Below, piece by piece: positions 32,580 through 50,925 of a DNA stretch of 64,000 bases. Position numbers and translations under genes: made by a program. Under the pieces are notes generated by a model. That model was not told the DNA's origin. It saw only the letters and a program-made list of their open reading frames with translations, and ran no database searches. The first letter of the stretch is position 1; each line of letters opens with the position of its first letter. The stretch comes from the human T2T-CHM13v2.0 reference genome, Homo sapiens: NCBI RefSeq assembly GCF_009914755.1, contig NC_060933.1; one strand, 5' to 3'.

Positions 32580-32971
32580 TATTAAGTAATTGCGGTTTTT
32601 GCAATTCCTTTTTTTTTTTTTCTTTTGAGACAGGGTCACTCTGTCGCCTAGGCTGGAGTGCAGTGGCGTGATCTCAGCTCACTGCAGCTGTCGTCACCTG
32701 GGTTCAAGCGACTCTCCTGCCTCAGCCCTGCCCCCCCACCCCCCCAGGAGCTGGGATTACAGGCGTGTGCCACCATGCCCAGCTAATTTTTGTATTTTTA
32801 GTGGAGACCAGGTTTCACTATGTTGGCCAGGTGGGTCTCGAACTCCTGACCTCAAGTGATCCAACTGTCTTAGCCTCCCAAAGTGCTGCGATTACAGGCA
32901 TGAGCCGCTGTGCCTGGCCTACAATTACTTTTAATTGCAAAAACCACAATTACTTTTGCACCAACCTAATA
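32580..32971. mobile_element. MADE1 (Hsmar1 MITE) split by a minus Alu (~32608-32919)
   Basis: Left part agtaattgcggtttttgcaatt; right part gcaaaaaccacaattacttttgcaccaacctaa followed by TA. Matches the MADE1 palindrome. Confidence 0.9.
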
Positions 32972-33139
32972 CACTCTGGAAAGACGGCCCTGGCTGCTGC
33001 TGCGTGGAAAATGGCTTGAATGGAGCAAAGCCGCAGCCCTGGGTAGCTATAAGGGATCACCCGGGCAGAGGGAATGGGGTCTGGATCAGTGGCAAGAGGT
33101 GGGAGAAAAGTTGACATATTCCAGCATTATTGGTGATTG

Positions 33140-33385
<246 letters not shown>

Positions 33386-34879
33386 TGAGAGGGAAGCATG
33401 AAGGAGAAGCAGGTGGGGAAGACTGGGGTGGAGGGAACCTGGGTGGCCCACAGGGACACCTAGGGGAGGTGTTCAAGGGCAGCAGACGTGATGGTTCTGG
33501 CGTTCGGAAGGTGATTAGACCGGAGATAGAAGTCTAGGAAGCCATGAGTGTGATGGACACTGCCCGGGAGAGCTGAGGGCCAGAACATACCGTCAGTTAC
33601 TCGAGAGGTGAAGCAACAAGCGCCACGTGGGCGGCCTCATGAGTGACCTGCAGAGAGCCAGCAGGGAAACCGAAGGATACGTGTCAGAGATTGGGTTAGA
33701 GTGACAAGGCCATTGCTTAAAGGTCAAGTCTGGTGAGGCTGGTCTGGGTTCCCCCAGCTGGGGCTGGCACCAGGGCGGAACTGTCACAGGATATTGTATG
33801 GAAAGTGGTAGGCATGAGGAGTTCTGGGAGGGGTGGGATCTGTGGGGACAGAGGGTTCTGGAAGAGGGGGGTGAGCTTAAAGTGCTTCTGAGGACAGTGA
33901 GGGCTAGGTGGCCAGGGGCAGTGTGGAGCTAGGGATATCTGACCTTCAGACCTCAGAATGGGGCCGAGGAGGCAGTGATCAGGTCAGGGTGTCTGTGGTA
34001 CAGGGGGCACAGTGGAGGTCCCTGAGGATGATGGGGTGCAGGAAGGGAGAGGCCAGCGTGTCGGCCAGGGTGTCTTTCTGGGTACCCAGAAGGGACACTC
34101 TGAGTGGGGAGAGAGGACTCTGGGTGACCCCAGGTCTTTAGAGGATGAGGGGTCACACCAGAAGGTGAGTAGCTGATCCCCGGTGCAGGGGTGACAGGAA
34201 CACAGAGAGAGGGTGTTCGGGGTTGGGGTAAAGTGTTCTGAATTACTGAGATATCGCCCGCAAGCTGATTTTCTGCACCGGGGGCTACATCGCTGTCAGC
34301 CAGGATGCAGCCCAAGGACGGACATGCTTGTGTGTCTGGCTTGCCTGGGCAGCTCCAGTTGCGGAAGAGGAGAGCCCTGGCCCACCCCCGGCCTGCACTT
34401 TGAAGCCAGGGCTGTGAGATGGAGAAAAACTCGAGAGAAGCCAGGATCCACAGCCGGCCACTGGAGCACGGCACCTTTAGAAAAGAGGCCCAGGCGCAGC
34501 TGCGACGAGCGCACGCAGTGGACACAGGAGCGCAGCACGGCTCAGTAACCTCAGAGGCGCTTGAGAGGCTCCCTTGGCAAGGGCCCCAGGAGATCTCAGC
34601 CTGCTCGAGGCTGCGGCAGGCTCCCGCCCCTACCAGCCCTGCAGGCCTGCGGGAAGCAGGAGGAAGCCATTTTCCTGAACCCCAGCTGGGCAGTGGGAAG
34701 GCAGGGGTGAGGGGCAGCTGGGTGGCGCTGGATGGCTTCTGCCTCCCTCAGCATCCCCCATCAGGCAACCAGCAGCCGAGCTCCACCCCATTCTCTCTGT
34801 CCTCCAGCAAACCCGGAAAAGCACGCTCCTCCCCATGGCAGGCAGTGTGCTGTGACCCCTAATGAGTGTGCCCTTGCAC

Positions 34880-35364
34880 ACACCCAGGGCACCTCTCAGA
34901 ATGTGCACAGAGGCACAAGCACCCACAGAAATGTTCGTGCACTCAGGGGAAGATACCCACACAGACACACGTGTGTGAAGGGGAATGACACAGATGCATA
35001 TGCAAAGAAACCACAAAGGTGTGCACAGAGATTGTGCATGGCACTATGCATGCAACTGCACATTAAACGTACAGATGTACATACAGCCATTACATACGCA
35101 CCCGTGCAACTCCCGCAGCCACAAAGATGCCCGTTCCATGTGCTTATAAACATTCACAGAAATTTTCACCCGCTCGCAAATGTGCACTGAAAACCAAGTA
35201 CAAATGGATAGACATGGGCACATGTAAGATGCACATACAAATGTCCACAAAGATGCACATATACATAAATGCTCACATGCACGCGAACATATTCATGATT
35301 GTGCATGCATGGAGCTATTCGTGTTTCTACATCTGTCCATGCAGTCAGCATTACACAGACACAG
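34880..35364. repeat. Degenerate (CA/TG)-rich low-complexity tract
   Basis: Alternating purine/pyrimidine-rich sequence (cacacacgtgtgtg, gcacatatacata). Confidence 0.75.
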
Positions 35365-36638
<1,274 letters not shown>

Positions 36639-36732
36639 ACAGTCGTGTCCATTATGGTCACAATGCACATACACTTATATACATACGGAGACGTGTGTGC
36701 AACGTGTCCTCATGCTTAGAAAAGCCTAACTA

Positions 36733-40388
<3,656 letters not shown>

Positions 40389-41229
40389 GTTCTGAGACTC
40401 TGAGATGCATGAGGCTGTGGCTGGCAGGCAGAGGGGAGCCCGAAGGAGCCTTGAGGGACATAGGACCAAATACCATCTTTGTAGGAGGCCTGGGGAGGGG
40501 CAGGGCCTTGCTCAAGGTCACACCACCTAGTGGAGCCTCAGGATTGGAACTCACATCCCCTGCTCTCCAGCCTGGCGCCTCCCTTCCAAATGCAGCCTAG
40601 TGCTGGGAAAGGAGAGGGTGGCAGGCTGGCTCTGGGCAAAGACACTCCCCTTCTCCTCTTTGCTTCCCTCTCCTTCCTCTGTCCCTCCCCACTCTTCCTC
40701 TCCAACCAGGAGGCTGCCGAGCCAATGGCTCAGCGAGGGCTGGGGAGCCCTGACCTCCACCCACGCTCTACGATCTGTCAGCACCACTCTGCTAAGACCT
40801 CCCAAACCTCCGCACCCCCGCAGGCTGACAGGGCTGCAGGTGCCAGCGCTGACCTCCCGCTGCTCCTGTTCCTCTCCTTCCGCAGGCACCCCTCGCCCCC
40901 CACCGCCACCTCCAGCCGGGTTCTGGGGTCCTCCTGGGCCACCTGCTTACTGTGTGTCCCTGGACACGGCGTCTCCCCTCGCTGAGTTAGTTTCCTCATT
41001 TGTAAAACGGGGATATGGCCCGTCTCCTAGAGTGACCGGGAAGATCGGTGGTATCAACGCAAACTACAGCCCGGCAGCTTCCAGGCGAACTCACTTCTCA
41101 GGACGCCTCTCCTGCTGTCCTCTCAAAGCGGGGGACGAAGCCACCACCACCCAGTTTACAGATGGGGAAACTGAGGCTCAGGGAGATCTGGAAACCTTCC
41201 CGGGCAGCTGGGCTCCGAACCCAGGGCTG

Positions 41230-42000
41230 CGAGCACAAGGGCTGGCTCCCGCCCCCGGCCCTGGTCCCTCCTTCCCCGGGGCATGGCCCGGCCGTGCCAG
41301 GCGCTCGGTGACAGCCCCCGCGGGGGAGGCCGGGCTGGGAAAGGAGAGGGCAGCGGGCGGGGGCGCCTGGCCGCGCGGGGTCGGCCGCGGGTCGATACGG
41401 CGGCAGGATGAATGGGAGAGGGGAGCGCGGGCGGGAGGAGGAGGGAGGAGGAGGGGGAGGAGGGAGAGGCCGGAGCAGGGGGAGGGCCCGCCCCCGCCGC
41501 CCCCCAGGCCCCCGCCCCGCCCAGCGGGCTTGGCCGGGTCTGCAGCCCTCAGCGCCAAGCGCGGCCCCGCGGCCCCACCGAGGGATCGATAACTAATTTC
41601 ACCGCGGCAGCCGCCCCAGTTTTTTCCCGATAATTGCGCGCCGGCAGCTGCGAGCAAGGCCCCCAGCCCGGCGCGCAGCCCCGCCCGCGCGCGATCAATT
41701 GACACCGCCACCGGGCGGCAGGAAAACTCATTTTTCTCTCCCTCCCCGGCTCCGGGTGGGCGCGGGCTGAGCTCTGCCAAGGGCCGGGGGCTACGCGGGG
41801 CCGGGGCCGGGGCCGGGGCCGGGGCCAGGCCAGGGAGGGAGGGCAGGGCCCGAGGAGGGGGCGGGGGCGCGGGCGCGGGTGTGGGAAGGAGGCTTGCAAG
41901 GAATCCGAGGAGGCGGGGTGCCTCAGTTTCTTCACTCTACCACAGGGGCGTGGCCGAAGGCGTCAGGGACGTGGGGTGCGGGCGGGGCTGTCCCAGCCCC
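41230..42000. promoter_or_regulatory. CpG island 2 with an AT-rich motif core (41580-41740)
   Basis: Extreme GC/CpG density. Core contains GATCGATAACTAATT, TTTTCCCGATAATTG and GATCAATTGACA. Confidence 0.85.
41797..41826 (+). repeat. (GGGGCC)5 hexanucleotide repeat
   Basis: Five perfect units read directly. Confidence 0.97.
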
Positions 42001-42078
42001 TCTCAGCTGTTGGCGGACTGGCTGGCTGGTGGGAGGAAGGGCTAAGTCAAGCGCCACGGCCTGAATGCGTGGGTTCGA

Positions 42079-42170
42079 CTCTGGACTCCCACCAGGGACC
42101 ACTGTGTGAGGTTGCATCCGTTCCTCTGGACTCCCACCAGGGACCACTGTGTGAGGTTGCATCCGTTCCT
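42079..42170 (+). repeat. Perfect 45-bp tandem duplication inside a MIR-like element
   Basis: ctctggactcccaccagggaccactgtgtgaggttgcatccgttc twice (42079-42123, 42124-42168), followed by MIR core ctctgagcctcagtttccccatct. Confidence 0.95.
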
Positions 42171-45100
42171 TCCCTTCGTCTCTTCCTCTCTGAGCCTCAG
42201 TTTCCCCATCTTCTGAAAGGGGCCTGGCATATCCTGGGCAGGCAGATGGTGCATCAGAGGCAGTGATGCCCACAAGGAAGTGCTCCCCACAGGTGGCTTG
42301 GAGGAAATCCTCCTTCCTCAGCACTCATGGAGGCCCCCTGTGGGCCAGGCACTGTTATAGGCCTTCCGGGTGAGGACCAAGCAGTGACCACAGCTGACAA
42401 AACCCCTACCGTTGTGGAAGGAACATTCTACTGAGGCCATGGACGTACAATACCCAAGTAAGCAGTGAGAAGATGCCACTTGCCATGGAGAAAAATGAAG
42501 CAAGGTCAGCAGGACAGGGTGTGGGGTGCAAAGGCAATGCAGCCCCCAGGACCCATGGTGGGCCTCACCCTAGGCCCTCCTTGCAAAGCTCAGAGCTGCT
42601 CACTCCCAAACTGCCGGTTGTTCAAGGTCATGGGAAACCTGCAGACTTGGCATTTTCCAATGAGGATGGCCAGGAGGAGAGAGACCAAGAGGAAGGAGAA
42701 GCCAGGAGGTGGGGTGGGACAGTCTCCCTCTGGAAGAGTCCATAAGAGGGCCAGAGAGAGAGAGAGAGGGGTGGGGACTGGAGGGCACCAGGGCAAAGGG
42801 GGTACAGTCAGAGCTCCAATGGACACAGTGTCCTGGGGGGTCAGGTCAAGAGAGACTTGGGTTTGCTGGCCTGGTCCCAGCTGGGCCAGTGAGGCCCAGG
42901 GAAGGGCAGGGGCTCGCCCAGCCACAGTACTTATGGGGGACAGAGATGGGCTCCTAAATCCTGCCACCAGGCACAGAGAAGGGCAAGAGGGGCCAGAGAG
43001 GAAAGGAGGAAAGAGACTCATGGAGCGGGGGTGCCATTCTCTGTTTAGAGGGGTCAGGAGCCCCAATTTGCTTCCCAGAGGCCAGCTAAAGCTTCCTGGG
43101 AGCACCATGGGTGGTGCTGGGACTTCTACAGGACTCAGCATGACTCAAAGGGCCCTGGGGAATGTGTTCTGTTCCCCAGTCCCCCACCCCCCAGCTACCA
43201 GAATGACAGAGGCTCCCCGATGGAGGTGGGTAAGCCGGGCAGGGGTGGCGGCCTAAGGCTGCTGGGGAAGTGGGGTGTTCCAGGACTGAGCAGACCTCCT
43301 CCCCCGCCTCGGTTTCTTCATCTTAAAAATGGAGCTGGTGTTGAGGTGCTGAGGTTCTGTCAATCTTTCTTCCCTCCAAATTCCTGGCACGCCCAACCCC
43401 ACGTCTGGGTTGAGAGTAGTGACTCAGCAGAAAATGAAGGCTACTGCTAGCAACCAAATGAGGTTAGCAGGGGGACTGGCAGGACGCCGTGGGCTGGGAT
43501 TCGAAACAGCACATAGCTGGGTCTCACCCGCCTGAGGCCCCATCTATCCAACCACCTAACATTTACTCATCATTCAGCAAATATTTAGTGAACACCAACT
43601 ATGTGTGAGGCACTATGTGGGGGAGTGAGTGTAAGGTCCCCCCGCTTCCCCATCTCCTTCCTCTCCCCGCAACCCCCACGTCTCCACCTTCATTTTCTTT
43701 TGGGGTATGGTCAAAGGAGGCCTGGATTGGGAGTCAGGACTAGACTCAGGCCTGCTGGTGACCTAGGCAGGCCCCTTGCCCTCTCTGTGCCTTGGTGGAC
43801 CAATGGTCATTAGTGGACTCTGTGTCCTTCCTAAGAGAGGAGAGCCCTGGATTAACAGCAGCTGTGGGCTGGGGGCCTCACCCCTGGGTCTCATTCAGTC
43901 CCCATGAAGTGAGATGAAGGAACAGAGACCAAGATTCACCCAGGGTCCCAAAGCCAGGAGGGAGAAGAGGGCAGAGCTCAGGTCCGTCTGACACCAGAGC
44001 CCTGCCCACTTGTCTGAGCTGGAGGGGAAGGAGTGCCCATCAGGAGAAACTTCTGGATCCTGGATAGAAGCTGGGATGTGGGGTAGGGACTAAGGTGCTC
44101 AGAGTCCCCTTGTCCTGCCCCTCAGTTAGTGGCTTTGGCCACCAGCCATCTCAGAAAGGCCTCTGTCGGTCAGAGGAGGAGCTGCCCCAGAAGGCCATGT
44201 GGGGTGACCTTGGCCTCCTCGACGTTCCCTGGGCCAGCACAGGCACAGAACGATACTCTTTTTGTAAAGAGACATGTACTCACTGGGTCAGCAGTGAGGC
44301 AGGGAAGACAGCCTCACAGCTACAAGCACAGGATTTTTAAGGCTGGTCCCCAACCCAGCTCTGCTGCCCACTAGCCCTGGGTCCTTGGGCAAGCTGCCTC
44401 CTCCCCTGAGCCTCAGGCTTCCCATCTGTAAAATGGGCATAGTGGCAATTCGGTAGACCCACTGTGCCAGATCCTGTGCTGAGCCTTCTCTGTATCTGCA
44501 CTCTGAGCCCTGTGAGCAGCACCCGCTATTCCACAACCCTCGTTCTTCTCGTCTTCACCTCGGAATCCAGCCATGGCAGTAGTTCTGTGCCACCTGACAG
44601 ATCTCCATGCCGCCACTGCATCCAGAATGCAGCTCGGAATGCCCCATCTGGAGATGTGGGATCCTGCCAACCTAGGCCCCGGACCTAGGGACACAGTTTA
44701 TGGTGAGGAAGGATCCCAGTGGGCACATGAGCGTGATGCCCACCGGTCTCACCCTGGAGCCTGGGCCTGATGGAATGTAGGGGCGGCCAGCTTGTGCAAC
44801 ACCCCAAGCACAGAGCCAACAACCAGTCACAGGTGCCATGTCCCCAGAAGCTGGAACACATGGTCCAGGGACAAGTTGTAGAAATAGGATTGCCCGCCCC
44901 CCGACCCCATTCCACCGGGGACCTCCTTGTGGATTTGTGCTTCTTGTCCCTGCAACTTTAGGTGTGTCAGATGAGAGGCCCCAGCTATCTGGGACAGGGG
45001 AGAGGGGAGAGAGGGCAGGGGAGAAGGGAAGTAGGGGAGGGCTCCACTGGGCACAGGGTGGATCCCACCGAACTCAAACCTGTGACTGCATCTGTCACAC

Positions 45101-45737
45101 TGGGGCCTTTGTGCCAGGGACCAGGACCAACATGCAAAGAAAGGGGTTCCCACTCAGGTGGGTTCTGAGCTCTTCTCGGTAACCCTCTAGCATGAGCTGT
45201 CTGCAGGCACTGCAGATACCAGCACCTCGAAGGGGACTCTGACGGTGGACCCAGCGGGGGGCAGGGGCGGGGCTGAGTGCTACAAGGGGCGGACTGTGTT
45301 GAGCAGCTCACCTGAACGCTTCAGACCTCTTGGCTTCACCTCCTAATCCAGGCCCAGCTGCAGTAAACAGACCTCACAGGCCTTGACAAGCTCCATACAG
45401 CTGTGAGCTGACAATGGCCCGCCCTAGGCCCCTGTGCTTGCCTCTTGCTTCCAGCCCGGGGCTTTGCTGATGCCACAGTGTGGGATCCCCCCACCTCCGC
45501 CCCTCCACAGTAACCCACTCGGCAGTTACACATGCTCAACTGCAAGTGCAAAGGTGTGAACACCCTACAGGCCAACGCTTCCTCAAAGGCAGCAGAGCCC
45601 TGGAACCAATGCTCCCTCCTTTCTTCCCCTGGGCGGATGGTTCTGAGATGCATTTTGCAAGGCAGCTCCGATGATCCTGGGGGATCTGGCACCCCAGCTT
45701 CCATAATGGTGAACTCAGCAATGCACGTTTGCATTGG

Positions 45738-46283
<546 letters not shown>

Positions 46284-46432
46284 TTTGCATTGGTTTTCTT
46301 GCCGCTCCTGTTTTGCTCTTCCCACTCCCCATCCCTCACTCTTGCCCCTAGGAGTACTCGTCCCAAACAAACTACAAGTACAACAGCCTTTGAGGCCTAC
46401 TTGCAGGGGAGCCCAAACCAAACCAAAGCAGA

Positions 46433-48186
<1,754 letters not shown>

Positions 48187-48467
48187 GGTATGTTCTCTTA
48201 TCATCTCCATTTTACAAGCCAAGAAACCCAGGCTCTGAGAGGCAAAGGATTCACCCAGAGTCCCACAGCTAGTAAGAGGCAGAGCCCGTATTCAAACCCG
48301 AGTCTTTGGGCAGCAGGGCTCAAGTCCTTGGCGATGGGGCTGCCAGAGGGCCAAGCTGGTCTTCAGACCCTCAGGTCCAGAATTCTCCCAGTCTCCTCCC
48401 CTGCGTTTGGTGGCTTCTCCCTCCAGCCACCCGCCTCCTTCCTTCACCTTGTTGGAGGCAGCTCCAC

Positions 48468-48510
48468 GTCCCTGCCTCTGAGTCCCTGCCTCTGAGTCCC
48501 TGCCTCTGAG
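48468..48510 (+). repeat. 14-bp tandem repeat x3 (gtccctgcctctga)
   Basis: Direct reading. Confidence 0.9.
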
Positions 48511-48594
48511 CTGCTGGCTTCAGCATTGCGGGGGAGCAGCCTTTCTCCAGCTCCTTTCCTCCCGGCCCTCCACTGAAGGCTCTTCTGCCAGCTG

Positions 48595-49160
48595 CACACG
48601 TGTACACACACACACACGCACACACACACACTTGCAAACTCACAAACACACTTGCAAACTCACACACACACACTTGCAAACTCAGTCACTCTCACACTCA
48701 CTCCTCACACCCTCACACACTCCTTACACACGCACTCCTCGCACACACCTCACATGCACTCACACACACGCACACACTCCTCACACACTCCTCACACACT
48801 CCTCACACACACACTCCTCACACACACGCACTCCTCACACACGCACTCCTCACACACACACTCCTCACACACACTCCTCACACACACACTCACACACATG
48901 CACTCCTCACACACGCACTCCTCACACATGCACTCCTCACACTCCTCACACACACGCACTCCACACACACACTCCTCACACACGCACTCCTCACACACAC
49001 TCCTCACACACACTCCTCTCACACACGCACTCCTCACACACTCACACACTCTTCACACACACACTCCTCACACACGCACTTCTCACACGTACTCCTCACA
49101 CACACACTCCTCATACACTCATGCACTTCTCACACACACTTCTCACACACTCACACTCCA
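48595..49160 (+). repeat. CA-rich compound micro/minisatellite, unit approximately (CA)n-CTCCT
   Basis: Many copies of cacac(a/g)cactcctca; source of the His/Thr-rich pseudo-ORFs. Confidence 0.95.
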
Positions 49161-49539
49161 TGCTCACCCCTTTCCAGCAGCCACCCGAGGCTCTCCCTCC
49201 TGCCGTCCTGAATGTCTGTTGCCGCACAGTGGCTTTGGGGGCTCCCCTGGGGACCTCCACGCCCCCACCTGACCCTGCCCAGGTGGGTGCCCTCCTCCTG
49301 TGCCGTACCAAGGCCTGGAGCGGGGAAGGGTGCTGCTCAAGGAGGCGCCACAGCCCTCGGTGGGGCTGGGATTTGGCCCTGGTCTCGGGGCCAGCCCATC
49401 TCCAGGAGTGGCCTAACTCAGAGAATGAGACTGATTCCAAAATGTCGCAGCTAACGCAGGTTCTTCCCTGAGAGCAGACAGCAGTGTGGGGTGGGGGCTG
49501 GCATGTGCAGTCGGGGGTCACCCTGCCCTTCCTGCCGCC

Positions 49540-49860
49540 CTGGGGGCTCCTGTGCGGCTGCCTGGCTCCTCAGGCATCCGGGCGCCCCGCAGAGACCCTC
49601 AGAGACTCCCACCACGTGGGGAGGGAACGCGGGCAACCGCACGTGTCATGGGCCAGGCTCCTTGCCGGCTGGAGCCTCGGCGCAGAGAGCCAAGCCAGGC
49701 CGGAGTGCGTGGTCTAGCCGAGGAAATACGTGCAATTCTTCACAAGCGGATGTCACTTCCTGCCTGTGACAGATGCTGGGAGAGGCTTAGGCAGTCAATA
49801 ATGGGGTGATTGGAGCCAGTCTAGGGGGAGGCTGGGGAAGGCTTCCTAGAGGGATTGGCA
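49540..49860. promoter_or_regulatory. Small CpG-rich enhancer-like cluster
   Basis: CACGTG at 49613-18 and 49640-45, TACGTG at 49727-32, ETS-like GCGGATGTCACTTCCTG, two reverse CCAAT boxes. Confidence 0.45.
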
Positions 49861-50484
49861 CCAGGGCCTAGATCTGAAGAATGAGTGGGAGTTGCCTGGG
49901 TGAAGGAAAAGGGAACAGCATTGCAGCTGGAGGGGAACAGCATGTGCAAAGGGCCTGTGCAGGGAGGGACCCGGGAAGTAAAGGGGCAGAGAAGGCCTGC
50001 CAGGTGGAGCCCAGTGACCTGGGGGGAGGTGAGTCTTCCAGATGAGGCTGGAAAGGCTCCCAAGGGCTGGGCCGTGCAAGGCCCTAAGGCCATGATGAAG
50101 ACGCTTGTCTTTATCCAGCACAGGTTTGTGCTCAGAAGCCCCTACACCAGCTGCTGCGTGATGGAGAACAGGAGTCAAAGCACGGAGGCCAGCAGAAAAT
50201 CAAGAGGCCGGTCCTGTGCATGGGCAAGAGGCCTCAGGGATATATTAGCTGGTAAGAATATTAAAGAAAAAAAAAGAAAAAAGACTAAAGACTCCAGCAC
50301 AGCAGTGACTATAACATTCAGTCTTTATTTCAAAACTGGAGGAACCTTGGAGATTCCTGGTTTATGGACTTGTTTTAAGATGAGGAAACCAGAGACCAGA
50401 GAGAGGAAGTGCATTGCCCCTCAGTGGGCAAAAAATATTCATTCCACAAATATTATTTATTTATTGTTATTATTATTATTTTGA

Positions 50485-50643
<159 letters not shown>

Positions 50644-50748
50644 TAGTAGAGATGGGGTTTCTCCATGTTGGTCAGGCTGGTCTCAAACTCCCAACTTCAG
50701 GTGATCCACCCGCCTCAGCCTCCCAAAGTGCTGGGATTACAGGCGTGA

Positions 50749-50925
<177 letters not shown>

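Noticed and set aside
42079-42170. Possible CRISPR-like repeat
   Set aside because: Only two adjacent copies with no spacers, in eukaryotic DNA.
40600-43256. 330-aa, 200-aa and 263-aa ORFs around CpG island 2
   Set aside because: GC artefacts; the 330-aa ORF crosses a MIR (QFTDGETEAQ); no homology recognised.
40520-45265. CTCF-like motifs (CCACTAGGTGGTG on minus at ~40522; CCAGCGGGGGGCAG at ~45251)
   Set aside because: Each mismatches a core position, and such matches are frequent in GC-rich DNA.
48600-49471. His/Thr-rich ORFs and Cys-rich antisense ORF
   Set aside because: Products of the CA-rich simple repeat, open in all frames.
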